Of a stretch of 64,000 nt of DNA, positions 37,305 to 50,299 are shown one piece after another. The notes under the pieces are model-generated. The model saw only the letters and a program-made list of their open reading frames with translations. It was not told the origin of the DNA and made no database searches. This DNA comes from Centroscyllium fabricii (taxonomy: Eukaryota), in contig JBNRSN020000014.1 in assembly GCA_051313645.2 (NCBI GenBank), positions 122,264,001 through 122,328,000 on the forward strand, written 5' to 3'. Each line of letters starts with the position of its first letter. Position 1 is the first letter of the stretch. The translations under genes were made by a program, and so were the position numbers.

Positions 37305-38089
37305 GAATATCCAACGGAATCTGGCTCCGGCTGGCACAGCTCTGATTAAACATTCCCCCCAACAGTGCTCCAACTAATGGTCATTCCAGCCATAAGCCAG
37401 TGTGAAAGGATCTGAGGGAAATAACAATGCTTGTGTATGAATAACTGGTGGTAACAAAGATGAAATGAAAACAAGACATCCTTCATGGCAATAGTGAAGA
37501 TTGTGATTTTTATTTGTGAAAACCCAGGTGTCAAATGGTTTAAATTTCCCTGCCGCTGAATTTTCTTCCCTCTTTACAGGAAGCGCTGGGGTACATATCC
37601 ATAGGAGCTAACAATCCTCCAGCACCACACCCAACAATGCCCATGCTTAACACATGAACCTGGGCAGCGAGTGTCAGCAGAGAGTGCAGGTCCTTTCCAC
37701 ACAGGCACTTACAAGCCCGAGTTCCTGCACAGTAATCAGGAGCGGGGACCCTAACCGGCCTAGCCAAAGCAAGCCTTGTGTGGTGCCTCTACTGCCACTC
37801 CACCTGCCATTAAAGCGTCCTGGCCCTTAAAGCTCAGGGGCACCCGGGAAGTGCACTTTCACACCAAGCCATCCCCGAGCATGTACATTTGAAATCCTGT
37901 TCCTTCCTTGCCAGCTTTCTTCCAAGCACACCTCCGATGACATTGAGCCCTTGCTGAGGTAGGGTTTTGTGGATGCTGGGCGCCTTCTGGTATCCCACCC
38001 ACTGCTCATGTGTGAGCCTTGATAGCGAGTGTTGGCTGGCTATTCACGCACACAGAGGAAGGCATCACAGCCAAGCCCAGTCGAGACTT

Positions 38090-38487
38090 AGAAACATAGA
38101 AACGTAGAAAATAGGAGCAGGAGTAGGCTATTCGGCCCTTCGAGCCTGCTCCGCCATTTAATGAGATCATGGCTGATCATCCAAACCCAGTACCCTGTCC
38201 CTGCCTTGTCCCCACATCCCTATCGAGCCTGCACCGACACATATCCCACCCTATCCCCGTAGCCCCACATATTCAATCCCCCTAACACTAAGGGTCAATT
38301 TATCCTGGCCAATCAACCTAACCCGCACATCTTGCGACAGTGGTAGGAAACCGGAGCACCCGGAGGAAACCCACGCAGACACGGGGAGAATGTGCAAACT
38401 CCACACAGATAGTACCCAAGGCTGGATTTGAACCCGGGTCTCTAGTGCTGTGAGACAACAGTGCTAACCACTGTGCCACCGTGCCGC
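38090..38487 (-). mobile_element. Full-length V-SINE
   Basis: Head, V-domain and tail all present. Confidence 0.85.
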
Positions 38488-38499
38488 TCTTTTGAAGCC

Positions 38500-38880
38500 C
38501 ACACACACAGGTAGACACACACACACACACGAAGACAAACACATACATGTTGAGACACACACACATGTAGACACACATGTCGAGACACACATACATGTCG
38601 AGACACACACACACGTAGACGCACGTCAAGACACACTCATGTAGACACACACGTACACACGTCGCAACACACATGTGGACACACATGTTGGCATACACAC
38701 GTCAAGACACATAGACACACACATGTAGACACACGTTGAGACACACATGTGGACACACCCATGTTGACGCGCACACAAGTAGACACACACGAACACACAA
38801 TGTCGAGACGCACGTCAAGACACACACGTAGTCACACACACATATGTAGACACACACATACACATGTTGAGACACACAGG
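38500..38880. repeat. Degenerate CA-rich repeat (GTAGACACAC / GAGACACAC units)
   Basis: Directly visible low-complexity array. Confidence 0.85.
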
Positions 38881-39879
38881 TGGGGAGCTACAATCTAACT
38901 TCTTAAAATGTGCAATGCACGGGGGGAAGGAAGCTGACTGAAGAGATGCAGTTGAATATTTTGTGACACAAAAATCTGTGCACTGCAGAACAATTCAGGC
39001 CTGACAGGGTCACCCCGTCGCTGGTAATGACAGGTGCTCACTGCATGCTCTGTGCCAAATGCTTTTGTTTGTATAAATAAATGTTGCTTGTCTGATGTTG
39101 CCTGATGCTGGCCCCAATCCCCAGGTTCTTAATGGAATCGAGCAGATTGTTTACAAAATGCAACTTGTGGCTGTGACTACCAGACACTAAAAATGGATCC
39201 GACTGGTGGCCATGTGCAGATCCACACTGGTGACCTGATTGTGGTTGGGGAGTATTTCACCCAGGACCATTTTTGGAGAACTCCCTGCATCGAACACAAG
39301 TGTCTCCGATTTCTCACGGTCGAAATCTCAAACTGGGTGCACCGGACGGAGCAAATCTAATCACAGAAAGACATTTCTTGTAACATGGTATCGCTGAGGA
39401 AGGTGTAGGTTGGAGATAATGACCATCCCCTGGAGAGATTTTGGTCACAATTATTAACTCTTTAAAGACTGGGACCGGAGGGAGGGATTGACATCTAGAT
39501 TTTAATCGCTCCACCGTTGGCGGCCGTGCCTTCAGCTGCCATGGCCCTCAGCTCTGGAATTCCGTCCCTAAACCTCGCTACCTCTCTTTCCTCCTTTAAG
39601 ACGCTCCTTAAAACCTACCTTTTTGACCAATCTGCCGTAATATCTCCTGTGTGGCCCGGTGTCAAATTTTGTTTTATAACTCTCCTGAGAAGCGCCATGG
39701 GACATTTTACTCTGTTAAAGGTGCTATATAAATACAAGTTGTTGTTGTTGTAAGCATGCCTGTGTTGCTGGCTGACTTTCTTTCAAGTTACTTGTTGATA
39801 CCTTTAAGAGGAAGCTTGGTAAGTACATGAGGGAGAAAGGAATAAAAGGATATGTAGATAGGGTGAGATGAAGTAAGGT

Positions 39880-41030
39880 CACAGAGTCATAGTTATAGAG
39901 TCATTACGGCACAGAAGGAGGCCATTCGGCCCATCGAGTCTGTGCCGGCTCTCTGTGGCGCAATCCATTCAGTCCCATTCCCCTGCTCTAACCCTGTAGC
40001 CCTGCAAGTTTATTTCCCTCAATTTCCTTTTGAAATCATTGATCATCTCCGCTTCCACCACCCTCGTTGGCAGCAAGTTCCAGGTCCTCGCCACTCGCTG
40101 TGTAAAAAAGTTCTTCCTCACATCCCCCCTGTATCTCTTGCCCAAAACCTTAAATCTGTGTCCCCCGGTCCTTGTACCATCAGCTGATGGGAACAGCTCT
40201 GTCTACCTTCTCCAAACCCGTCATAATCTTGTATACTTCTATCAAATCTCTCCTCAACCTCCTTTGCTCCAAGGAGAACAACCCCAGCTTCTCCAACCTA
40301 ACCTTGTAGCTAAAATCCCTCATCCCTGGCACCATTCTGGTGAATCTCCTCTGCACCCGCTCAAAGACCTTCACATCCTTCCTAAAGTATGGTGACCAGA
40401 ACTGGATAGAAACATAGAAGATAGGAGCAGGAGTAGGCCATTCAGCCCTTCGAGCCTGCTCTGCCATTCAATCAGATCATGGCTGATCATCCAAACCCAG
40501 CACCCTGTCCCTGCCTTGTCCCCATATCCCTCGATCCCTATCAAGCCTGCACTGACACATATCCCACCCTATCCCCGTAACCCCACATATTCAATCCCCC
40601 TAACACTAAGGGTCAATTTATCATGGCCAATCAACCTAACCCGCACATCTTTGGACTGTGGGAGGAAACCGGAGCACCCGGAGGAAACCCACGCAGACAC
40701 GGGGAGAATGTGCAAACTCCACACAGATAGTACCCGAGGCTGGATTTGAACCCGGGTCTCTAGTGCTGCAAGGCAACAGTGCTAACCACTGTGCCACCGT
40801 GCCGCCCTACGGATGCAATACATTAGTTGGGGCCTAACCAGAGCTTTATAAGGGTTCAGCATAACTTCCCTGCTTTTGTACTCCACACCTCTATTTATGA
40901 AGCCCAAGATCCCATATGCTTTGCTAACCACCCTCTCAATATGTCCTGCCACCTTCAAAGATCTATGCACATGAACCCCCAGGTCCCTCTGTCCCTGTAC
41001 ACTCTTTAGAGCTGTGCCATTAAGTCTATA
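39880..41030 (-). mobile_element. CR1 LINE 3' fragment interrupted by a V-SINE
   Basis: VSKAYGILGFINRG...LVRPQL and QFWSPY..RVQRRFTRMVPG on either side of the SINE. Confidence 0.8.
40407..40807 (-). mobile_element. Full-length V-SINE
   Basis: Head, V-domain and tail all present. Confidence 0.85.
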
Positions 41031-41529
41031 TTGGGAGGAGGCTCATGTGGAGCATAAATACCGGGATAGACCGATTGGGCCGAATGGACTGTTTCTGTGC
41101 TGCAAATTCTGTGGAATTTGGTGGTGTGGATTTCCATATGTTTGACAACGTTGCCTCAACCTTGTAATTACACTTTTTCACTGACCCTGTTTAAGCAATT
41201 TGCATTCATATAGTGCCTCGAACTTGGAAAGAATATCCCAAGGTGCTTCACAGAGACGTGAGGGATAAAACAGGTGCCGAGCCAAGGAAGGAGAGATTGA
41301 GAGGGGTAACCAAAAGCTTGGTCGAAGAGTAGCGTTTTAAGGAGGGTCTTAAAGAAGGAGATGGTTGTAGAGAGGTGGAGAGGTTTACAGAGGGAATCCC
41401 AGAGCATGGGGGCCAGGTGGCTAAAGGCACGGCCACCAATGGTGGGGCAAGGGGGGGTGGTGGTGATGCACAAGAAATCAGAGTCAGGTGAATGGAGAGT
41501 TTGGGAGAAGAGCAGATTACATAGGGAGT

Positions 41530-42137
41530 GTTGTGAGCAAGATGGCGGCGCGCATAGACGCAGCGGCTTTGCGTCTCCCGAATTTGTAGTGTCCCTGGTT
41601 CCCGCACTGTTCCTGGAGAGGGCGGCGGGGTCGGTGGAGTAGAGCACCGGTGCTCCTCAATCGGGGCACCGGTGTTGACGCACCAAGCCGTCGTGGTCGT
41701 CGGAGCGCCAGGGTGCTGAGAGCTGCGAGGCCCGGGAGCTGTGGGGCCGTCGGGGGCCGGGAGCTGCGAGGCCCGGGAGCTGTGGGGCCGTCGGGAGCTG
41801 CGAGGCCCGGGAGCTGTGGGGCCGTCGGGGGCCGGGAGCTGCGAGGCCCGGGAGCTGCGGGGCCGTCGGGCGCTGAGAGCTGCGAGGCCCGGGAGCTGCG
41901 AGGCCATCGAGGGCCGGGAGCTGTGAGGCCGTCGTGGCCGGAGCGCCAGGGCCTGCGTGGCCGGGCACCGGGCGCATCGTGGCTGCAGCGCCGGGTGGTC
42001 CTGGTGGGATGGAATGGATCAGACTGGGACTAAAGGACATTTTAATAATTTGGGAGATTGCATGTTTGCATTTCGTTGTTTTGTGTATGTTCACTTTACA
42101 ATGACAATAAATTGAATCTTATCTTATCTTATCTTAT
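41530..42137 (+). mobile_element. Non-autonomous Rex1-tailed element with internal GC-rich minisatellite (~41690-41950)
   Basis: Starts CAAGATGGCGGCGCGC, contains GAGCTGCGAGGCCCGGGAGCTGTGGGGCCGTCGGG repeats, and ends CAATGACAATAAATTGA(ATCTT)n. Confidence 0.65.
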
Positions 42138-42705
42138 GTAAATGTATGGAGTTTGGAGGCAGAGGTATGGATGAAGGTTTCAGTGGTGGATGGGCCAAGG
42201 CGGCAGTGGTACGGAGGCATCAATAGGCAGTCTTTGGGATCTATAGGATATGGGGATTGGGAAGCTGGGCTCGGGGTTGAATAGGACACCGAGGCTTAAG
42301 CTGGGATTCTGGGAAATCGTCCACAATGAACCAGCTCCCGACAGCTAACATTGCTAATTCTGACTCCATCATCCTGGCGACAGGCTCCGACAGATTCCCG
42401 CGGACGTAGAAGTTTTCTGGCAGGTAAAGTGAGGTGAATATAAGCCCCGCAGCGTCTTGGGACGTTTTACCACGTTAAAGGCGCTATGTAAATACAAGTT
42501 GTTGTTGTAACAGTGCGAGCTGGCTCACAGGCGCCAGTCTATGGAATCTGACCTGAAACAGCGCAGGTGAAAGATGTGTTTTAAAAAAGGTTTGTGAAGG
42601 ACAACCAAAAATAAAAAGACTAAAAGCGAAACATCTGGTCAGCTAGCGCGATCCTGTAGACAGGTTGGAAATTCTCAGTATATAAGCGAGCTTCATGGAA
42701 CCAAG

Positions 42706-43113
42706 GGGCGGCACGGTGGCACAGTGGTTAGCACTGTTGTCTCACAGCACTGGAGACCCGGGTTCAAATCCAGCCTCGGGTACTATCTGTGTGGAGTTTG
42801 CACATTCGCCCCGTGTCTGCATGGGTTTCCTCCGGGTGCTCCGGTTTCCTCCCACAGTCCAAAGATGTGCGGGTTAGGTTGGTTGGCCATGATAAATTGA
42901 CCCTTAGTGTTAGGGGGTTTGAATATCTGGGGTTACGGGGATAGGGTGGGATATGTGTCGATGGAGGCTCGATAGGGATCAAGGGATATGGGGAGAGGGC
43001 AGGGGCGGGGTACTGGGTTTGGATGATCAGCCATGATCTCATTGAATGGCAGAGCAGGCTCGAAGGGCCGAATGGCCTATTCCTGCTCCTAGTTTCTATG
43101 TTTCTATGTTTCT
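42706..43113 (+). mobile_element. Full-length V-SINE
   Basis: GGCGGCACGGTGGCACAGTGG head, GGTTCAAATCC B box and (TTTCTATG)n tail. Confidence 0.88.
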
Positions 43114-43402
43114 AAGAGCTGTGACCAGGTGTGGTGGCATTCTCGCAACTTCTAAAAGGAGTTAATTAAGAAAAGAAAAAAGTGTGTGGCACAAATATAT
43201 AATACCATCGTCACCCGCCACATGGCCAAGGTCACGGCCCACGCGGTGTACCTAATCCTCGGCACCAGTGCTGGTGGCTAAATTCTGGATCATAGTTCTG
43301 CAGTGGCTGCCTATTCCTTTTCTGCCTGTTGGCTGCTTGTGGCCATATTTAGTATTGTTTTCCACTCCTCACAGTGGTTCTGCTGGTCAAATGCCCTCCT
43401 AT

Positions 43403-44218
43403 GGCAAGGGGATGGAGTATAAAAGCAGGGAGATCTTGCTGCAGTTGTACAGGGTATTGGTGAGACCACACCTGGAATACTGCGTGCAGTTCTGGTATCC
43501 ATATTTAAGAAAGGATATACTTGCTCTCGAGGCAGTGCAGAGAAGGTTCACTAGGTTAATTCCGGCGATGAGGGGGCTAACATATGTCGAGAGGCTGAGT
43601 AGATTGGGCCTCTACTCATTGGAGTTCAGAAGAGTGAGAGGCGATCTTATTGAAACATATAAGATTGTGAGAGGGCTTGATCGGGTGGATGCGGTGAGGA
43701 TGTTCCCAATGGTGGGTGAAACTAGGACTAGGGGGCATAATCTTAAAATAAGGGGCTGCCATTTCAAAACTGAGATGAGGAGAAACTTCTTCACTCAGAG
43801 GGTGGTGGGGCTGTGGAATTTGCTGCCCCAGAGAGCTGTGGAAGCTACTACGTTGAATAAATTTAAAACTGAGATAGACAGTTTCCTGGAATTAAAGAGA
43901 ATTAGGGGTTATGGTGAGTGGGCAGGTAAGTGGACGTGAGGCTACGTTCAGATCGGCCATGTGATCTCCTGGACCAGTTTCCGATCGCCTAGATGGGTCG
44001 GAGAGGAATTTTCCTGATTTTTTCTCCCAAATTGGCTACTGGGTTTTTTATCTGTTTTTTCGCCTCTCCCAGGTGATCACATGGGTCTGGGCGGGGTGGA
44101 GAGTAAAAATAAAATTGAGGTTAGGATCAGATCAGCCATGATCTTGTTGAAGGGCGGAGCAGGCTCGAGGGGCCGATTGGCCTACTCCTGCTCCTATTTC
44201 TTATGTTCTGATGTTCTT
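43403..44218 (+). mobile_element. CR1 LINE 3' fragment with longer 3' UTR
   Basis: KGMEYKSRE..LVRPHLEYCVQFW..RRNFFTQRVV to the stop at 43939, then a CR1-type tail. Confidence 0.88.
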
Positions 44219-47200
44219 ACATCAAAAGTTACACGTGTGAAATCCTCGAGCGACAAGGAGACCGGGGCTGTTTCTAGCGAAGGATCAAAATGATAAAGGA
44301 TATTCATTATATATCTTTTTTTTCCTGGTTGAAAACTGCCCCAGTCTCCTTGTCATTGCAGGACTTGGCATATTATATGAGCTATTTAAATAATATACAG
44401 GCCTGTGGTTCCAATGCTGCAATAAGAAATAAGTTCATCCAGCTAAATATGGGTTAATGTCTTAAGATTGTAATTCATCAAATCCTGCTATTTTCATCCT
44501 TGATTTCTGTTTCTATACATGTGTATACACACACACACACCCAGACACAGAAACACATGTTAAATGTATGACTGAACTGCTTCACACCCTGCTAACAGTA
44601 AGGGTAGGCGCATACCTGAAGCGACCGGAACTATTTGCACATGTAATCACACCGTGTCATGAGCAGGTGTTTGGCGTGTACGTGCAAAATGTACGATCTG
44701 TTTCCATGGAACGTTCCAGAATGCAGCAGCTGGAAAGAATGAGCTCGCAGATTTCTGCGGCCTTTAGATTGCCTCACTAAAAAGCGTTACGAGTCGAAAT
44801 GTTCCTCAGATAACCCATAACTTCTTTTCATTTCTCTGGTTGTACATAAAGTACGGCTTGAAGTTTGGTAATTGGACAACACATGGCAGCCCTGTTGTTT
44901 ATTAAAGTCAAAAGGTTAAATGCAGATGCACAGTAAAGGCTAAGGATGTCTCTGTAATTACAGCTCATGATGGTGCAATTATAAGCGTTTATTAAAGGTG
45001 TCACTGGAACTTGCTAATCATATCATCGCGGAACAGCTTTTTAAATCTGGATCTTCTCTCACCTCAACCACCCCAAAAAAAACATACATATGTGAAAGGA
45101 AAAAGAAAAGCTTATTTATGGTGTCTGAATCCATTTCCTGTTGACTGCGGAGCAGACTAGCAGTGACATGTTCAGTTTGCAAAAACAGATGGGCATGGGT
45201 TTGAGCCCCAGCGCCACTTGGGACTTGAATGTGCCCGGCGTTGTTGAGACTTGTCCATGTTCCTCCAGGCCACTAGGTGGCAGGCCCTGTGGAAGCCAAG
45301 TGCTCCTCCACGGTGGTGCGGGAATGGAGGGTGGGTGGGGGAGGAGAGCGAGCAAGAGCCAAAAAGAATGCCCGTCCCTACTGCAAATGTAACATCTGTA
45401 GCCTGACTTACAACAGTTGTGGAGAATTCTGTGCCCCACTTAGAGGTGGCATGGAAGTTAGGTGTCCTTGGTCAATGTGGGGGACTGAAACATTTTATAA
45501 AATTTACTTTGTTTTGCCAAGTCTCCCCATAATGAAACCGAAAATAGCAGGAATGAATAAGGGTCTCAAATGAAATTCATTCTAGTAGCATTTTCTTTCC
45601 CAGGCTTAATGATGCCCAGCAGGAATTTGTAAATCATTATATCAAAACTTTGAAAACAAAATTGCATATTAAAACAAGATGCCAGCCTTATTATGTTGTA
45701 CAAGTTGGTACCCAGATGTTTTATGCATTAGAATATATTCATTTAGTTCCACTGTGCTGCATGAGTTCAGCATGAGCATTAATACAGTAACAATAATGGA
45801 TGAGATGTACTCTTAATGAGCCCTGTGATGCCAAGATTAGCTGATGGATATTTGGAACGATTGAGAATGAATTTGAATTTTCTTTGTGTCCTTGAGCGAG
45901 GTTTTTATGGTGAAGCTGAATTTTTATTTTTGGTTGTGAATCTTTTGCGACTTGGATAGTTCCTGAAATTGGTAAATGTTTAAAGAAACTTGAGACAATC
46001 CACATAAATTGAAACAAGGATGGGTGGAGAAGGGGCCAGGAAAGAGACTCAGCTAATGGTGTGAGGCATGGGAGGGAATGTGATACCCATAAAGTTTTGA
46101 CTCTAGGTTTTGTTTCCAGAATCTGTTTCCATTCCAGACGTATAGTCCGCATTGTTTCCTGTGGGACTCGAGGGACATAACTGAGCCAAATCGTCTGTCT
46201 TTAAAATCAGTTCCATTTTCTATCCTTCATGCACGCTATAAATATGTTGCTCCTATACCCTTTGACACAGATTTGGAGCTGTTAGACTAGCTGATATCTT
46301 TTTTTCTCATTTCTCTTCTCCACAACTCTTGCTTTTCCCGTTGTCCGCCCCAGTCCCAAATCCCGTCAGGCCACACTGCAAAAAGGAACCGAGGCGACAT
46401 TCTACGTGTCAATCTAAGTCAAGAGCTACCTTGCGATGAGCAAATACTCACAGATATTTAACCCGTTTGGAATGAAGTACAATGAAAGTCAGACTGATGG
46501 TGAGCTTTACCATTTCTGAATGGATGTGGAGCTCCCACTCGTGTAGACACTGCCAGGGTCAAACTGTGGAGTTCACCACAGAAAATTACACATCTCCTGT
46601 TTTCCCTTTAAACAGCTTAAGTGCTTTTACATTAACGTAATCTTCTGTTGTGGTTAAAATCTGACAAAGAAATGATATATTTCAACAAAAGAAAATTCCC
46701 AGGTGCACACAGCATGATGATTTTAAAACAATTTAATATTATATATTGGCAGAAGAAAATAGAAAAAACCTTTTGCGGGGGGTGGGGAGGGGTCTCTCTC
46801 TAGGTGGAAGTGGCTCCCCATGGGTGAATCACTGCCAGCAGAGCAGGAATGTCTCATCAGCAACTTGCATTTATGTGGTGCCTTTAACCCAATTTAATAC
46901 AGGAGCGGCATTAAACACAATTTGACACCGAGCCACATAAGGAGATGTCAGGAGAGGCGACCAAAAGCTTGGTCAAAGGGTAGGTTTTAAGGAACGTCTC
47001 AGAGGAGGAGAAGGGAATCAATGGGAGCCCATGTCTCTGAATGATTTGAAAGATGAATTCCATCTGTAGGTTGGACAGGAGTCAGCTGTAACCCCACGCA
47101 CGCACACGTACATTTTAGTTTTCCCAAAAGCCCCGGCACGCTCACGTGCTTTTCCCAAACCACAGTAGATGGGATTCCAACGTCAGTAAATACCCACCGA

Positions 47201-47805
47201 CTGGCTTCCAATCGCCAGCGCACAATGGAACGGGCAAGAGTTTTGTTAAAGGCGAGGCGATTACAATATTTGCAGCTCTGAAGCTGATTAATCGTGGGTG
47301 TGCAGCAGAATGAGTAAGGGCAGGGCAAGGAAGTGAACTCTGAAGAGGGTTCTACAGGAATTGTTGCTCCACCAATTAAACCAGACAGATTTCAACCAGA
47401 TTTATGTGTGTTTTTTATATTAAAAAAAAGAATTGACCAGGAGCAAAACGGCTGGTACACAAACAGCAGAGTCTGCTAATGAGTGCGATTTAATAGCAGA
47501 TTTATGCTTGGTTTTCACACAGACCCCGGCCTCTTGCTGTACTATGCATTATCAAGAACTAGTACCGATTTAGTTGGTGGCTGTGTTGTTGTAATAGGTT
47601 GCAATAATAGCAACCATTTCAGTGACGATTCAGTAGGTTGCAGTGTGGGATCTTAAAGTGTAAATTCAGTCAGACTGCTTGTTGAATGACAATTTGATTT
47701 TTATTGCACTGTATTGGAACCATGTACGCTAAAGTACACCTAAAGTAGGTGGCAGTTTAATCAGTAACAGCTTTCGGTTATCAATGCAGTTTTCTCCCCC
47801 TCTTT

Positions 47806-48073
47806 AAACACAGAAACACAGAAGATAGGAGCAGGAGTAGACCATTCGGCCCTTCGAGCCTGCTCCGCCATTCAATGAGATCATGGCTGATCATCCAAAC
47901 CCAGCACCCCCCTCCTACCCTCTTCCCATATTCCCCGACACCCCCCAATTCTAAGAACTATTACATATCCCACCCTATCCCCGCCACCCTATCCCCGTAA
48001 CCCCACATATTCAATCCCCCTAACACTAAGGGTCAATTTATCCTGGCCAATCAACCTAACCCGCACATCTTTG
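47806..48073 (-). mobile_element. 5'-truncated V-SINE
   Basis: Tail and partial body. Confidence 0.75.
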
Positions 48074-48106
48074 ATCTTTAAATTATCTCCTCTTCAATTC
48101 TCTCTG

Positions 48107-48532
48107 TGTCAGCTGTTGCTCAGTGGGTAGCACCCTCTCGCCTCCGAGTCAGAAGGTTGTGGGTTCAAGTCCCACTCCAGGGACCTGAGCACAACAATCC
48201 AGGCTGACACTCCAGTGCAGTGCTGAGGGAGCGCTGCACTGTCGGAGGTGCTGTCTTTGAGATGAGACGTTAAACCGAGGCCCCATTTGTTCTCTCGGGT
48301 GGGCGTAAAAGATCCCACGGCCACTATTCGAAGACGAGCAGGGCAGTTCTCCCCGGTGTCCTGTCCAATATTTATCCCTTAACCAACATCACTAAAAAAC
48401 AGATGATCTGGTCATTATCACACTGCTGTTTGTGGGAGCTTGCTGTGCGCAAATTGGCTGCCGTGTTAACTGCATTACAACAAGTGACTACACTTCAAAA
48501 GTCGGGAAAGGCGCCATATAAATGCAAGTTCT
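48107..48532 (+). mobile_element. DeuSINE (SacSINE1-like)
   Basis: tRNA-like head (GCTCAGTGG..GGTTCAAGTCCC), Deu-like domain and L2-like tail. Confidence 0.78.
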
Positions 48533-49599
48533 TTGATCACCCACCTAAACAGAGGGCATGCAGTTCCGTGAACTTCAGAAAGTCCTTATTTTTTTTTACA
48601 GAATTGTCTAAATTGCTGTAGGACAATTTAGGTGACTTGTACGAATGAACCTGCAGCACATTTCCAATATAAGAAGGACAGGAAAGAGAATCAAAGTGCA
48701 GCCTTGCCGATGGGATTGTTGTAGAAGGAAGCCCAGCCCAGCCCAGGCTGGTATACTAAAAGCTAAGCAACCTCTCTTTCAAGTAGCACGTACGCCCATC
48801 ACTCTGATTTACAATAGGCGTTAAAATATGGCACAATGTAATAACAAGTAAACAAGTCCACATACGCTCCTCCATTACATTCTGTTCTTATTTGCGGCGA
48901 TGGGTTTGAATGTTGGCATTACCTTCAAAAATAAAACTTTGGCTTCTGGCAAAGGGCTTACCTTGGGTTAGTTCCTTGGATGGCAGAAAGGCTTTGGGGA
49001 ACAAAACAACACAAAACAGATTTGATTCCTTTTTAAGTTTGAAAGCAAAGGTGAGTGATTGCGATGAAAATGACCGCAGATGTATTTCATACTGCGGCCT
49101 CTCTGGTTCTCCCCTGTACTAACTGTCCCCATAAACAACCACATGTCCTTGCTTTCAAGGTTGTTGCAAGCTGTAATTTAGCCCCCCGCAACACTTGCCG
49201 AGGTGCAAGACATTCAATGTCAGCACATTGCAGGATATTCTGCGAATGAAGGGGAATGTGAGACCCAGACCGATTTTTTTTGAACTAGTAAACAGCATAA
49301 TTTAAACACCTTAGTGAGTGTACATTTATATACAATCTACTTTTAATTCAGAGTCACGTCATTCGACACATTCATTAATTTGTTTACTGCAAGCACAAAA
49401 ATAGCAAGTGCTCTGTTGCATATTATGAATGGCTCGATAATTCCAATATGTTTTTGTCCAAAAATGACTTGAATACACAGGAGTAGACTATGTTAGTCAA
49501 AACTTTCAGCATTAGGATAGCATTGGTATGAGAAAGAGAATGACAGCCCAGTAAGCCATTGTCTGTCTTGTGATGGTGCCTTGTAACCGAACAAAGGAA

Positions 49600-50280
49600 T
49601 ACAGTTCGATAGAATTTGCAGCACAGAAATAGGCCATTCAGCCCAACTGATGCCATTGTTTGTGCTCCACGAGCCTCCTCCCCATCTACTTCATATGACC
49701 CTATCAGCATCTCCTATTGCTTTCGCCCTCGGGCACTCATCTAGCTTCCAGTTAAATGCATCTGTACTACAGGTCCGACACCGTTAATCCGGCACGGGCG
49801 GGACCAGGCCGGTGCCGGACAAGTGAAAACTCTGAACGATTAAAGCTTCGGCGAGCGCACGCGCAGACCATTCAAAATGGCCACCGCGAAGCATTTTGAA
49901 TGGTCTGCGCATGCGCTTGCCGAAGCATCAGTCATTCGGGGAGGCCCGGGCATGCGCAGCCAAGCGCGGCGGCCATTTCGCGCATGCGCTGACCAGTCGG
50001 GGAGAGCCCCGCAAGCGCGGCAGCCATTTTGCGCATGCGCAGACCAGTTGACCGGATTCGTTCTGGACGACTGAAGTTAGCGGATTACCGGTGTCTGGAT
50101 TAACGGTGCTCAGCCTGCATTCGCTTCAACCACTCCGTGTGGTAGCGAGTTCCACATTCTCACCACTCTCCGGGTAAAGAAGTTTCTCCTGAATTCCCCA
50201 TTGGATTTATTGGTGACTATCTTATATTTATGGCCCCTAGTTTTGGATTCTCCACAAGTAGTAACATCTTCTCTACATCT
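49600..50280 (-). mobile_element. Diverged CR1 3' fragment interrupted by a MITE
   Basis: GAGTTCCACATTCTCACCACTCTC.GGGTAAAGAAGTTTCT pattern typical of the other CR1 ends in the window. Confidence 0.6.
49770..50117. mobile_element. Tc1/pogo (Tigger-like) MITE
   Basis: Imperfect TIR CAGG....CACCGTTAATCC, TA at the left flank, internal GCGCATGCGC repeats. Confidence 0.7.
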
Positions 50281-50299
50281 ATTATTGGGGTTTTCATTG

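Noticed and set aside
41248-42094. Overlapping repetitive ORFs
   Set aside because: Produced by a GC-rich minisatellite that lacks stop codons.
42706-42780. tRNA genes at SINE heads
   Set aside because: The A/B boxes continue directly into SINE bodies and no full cloverleaf is evident.
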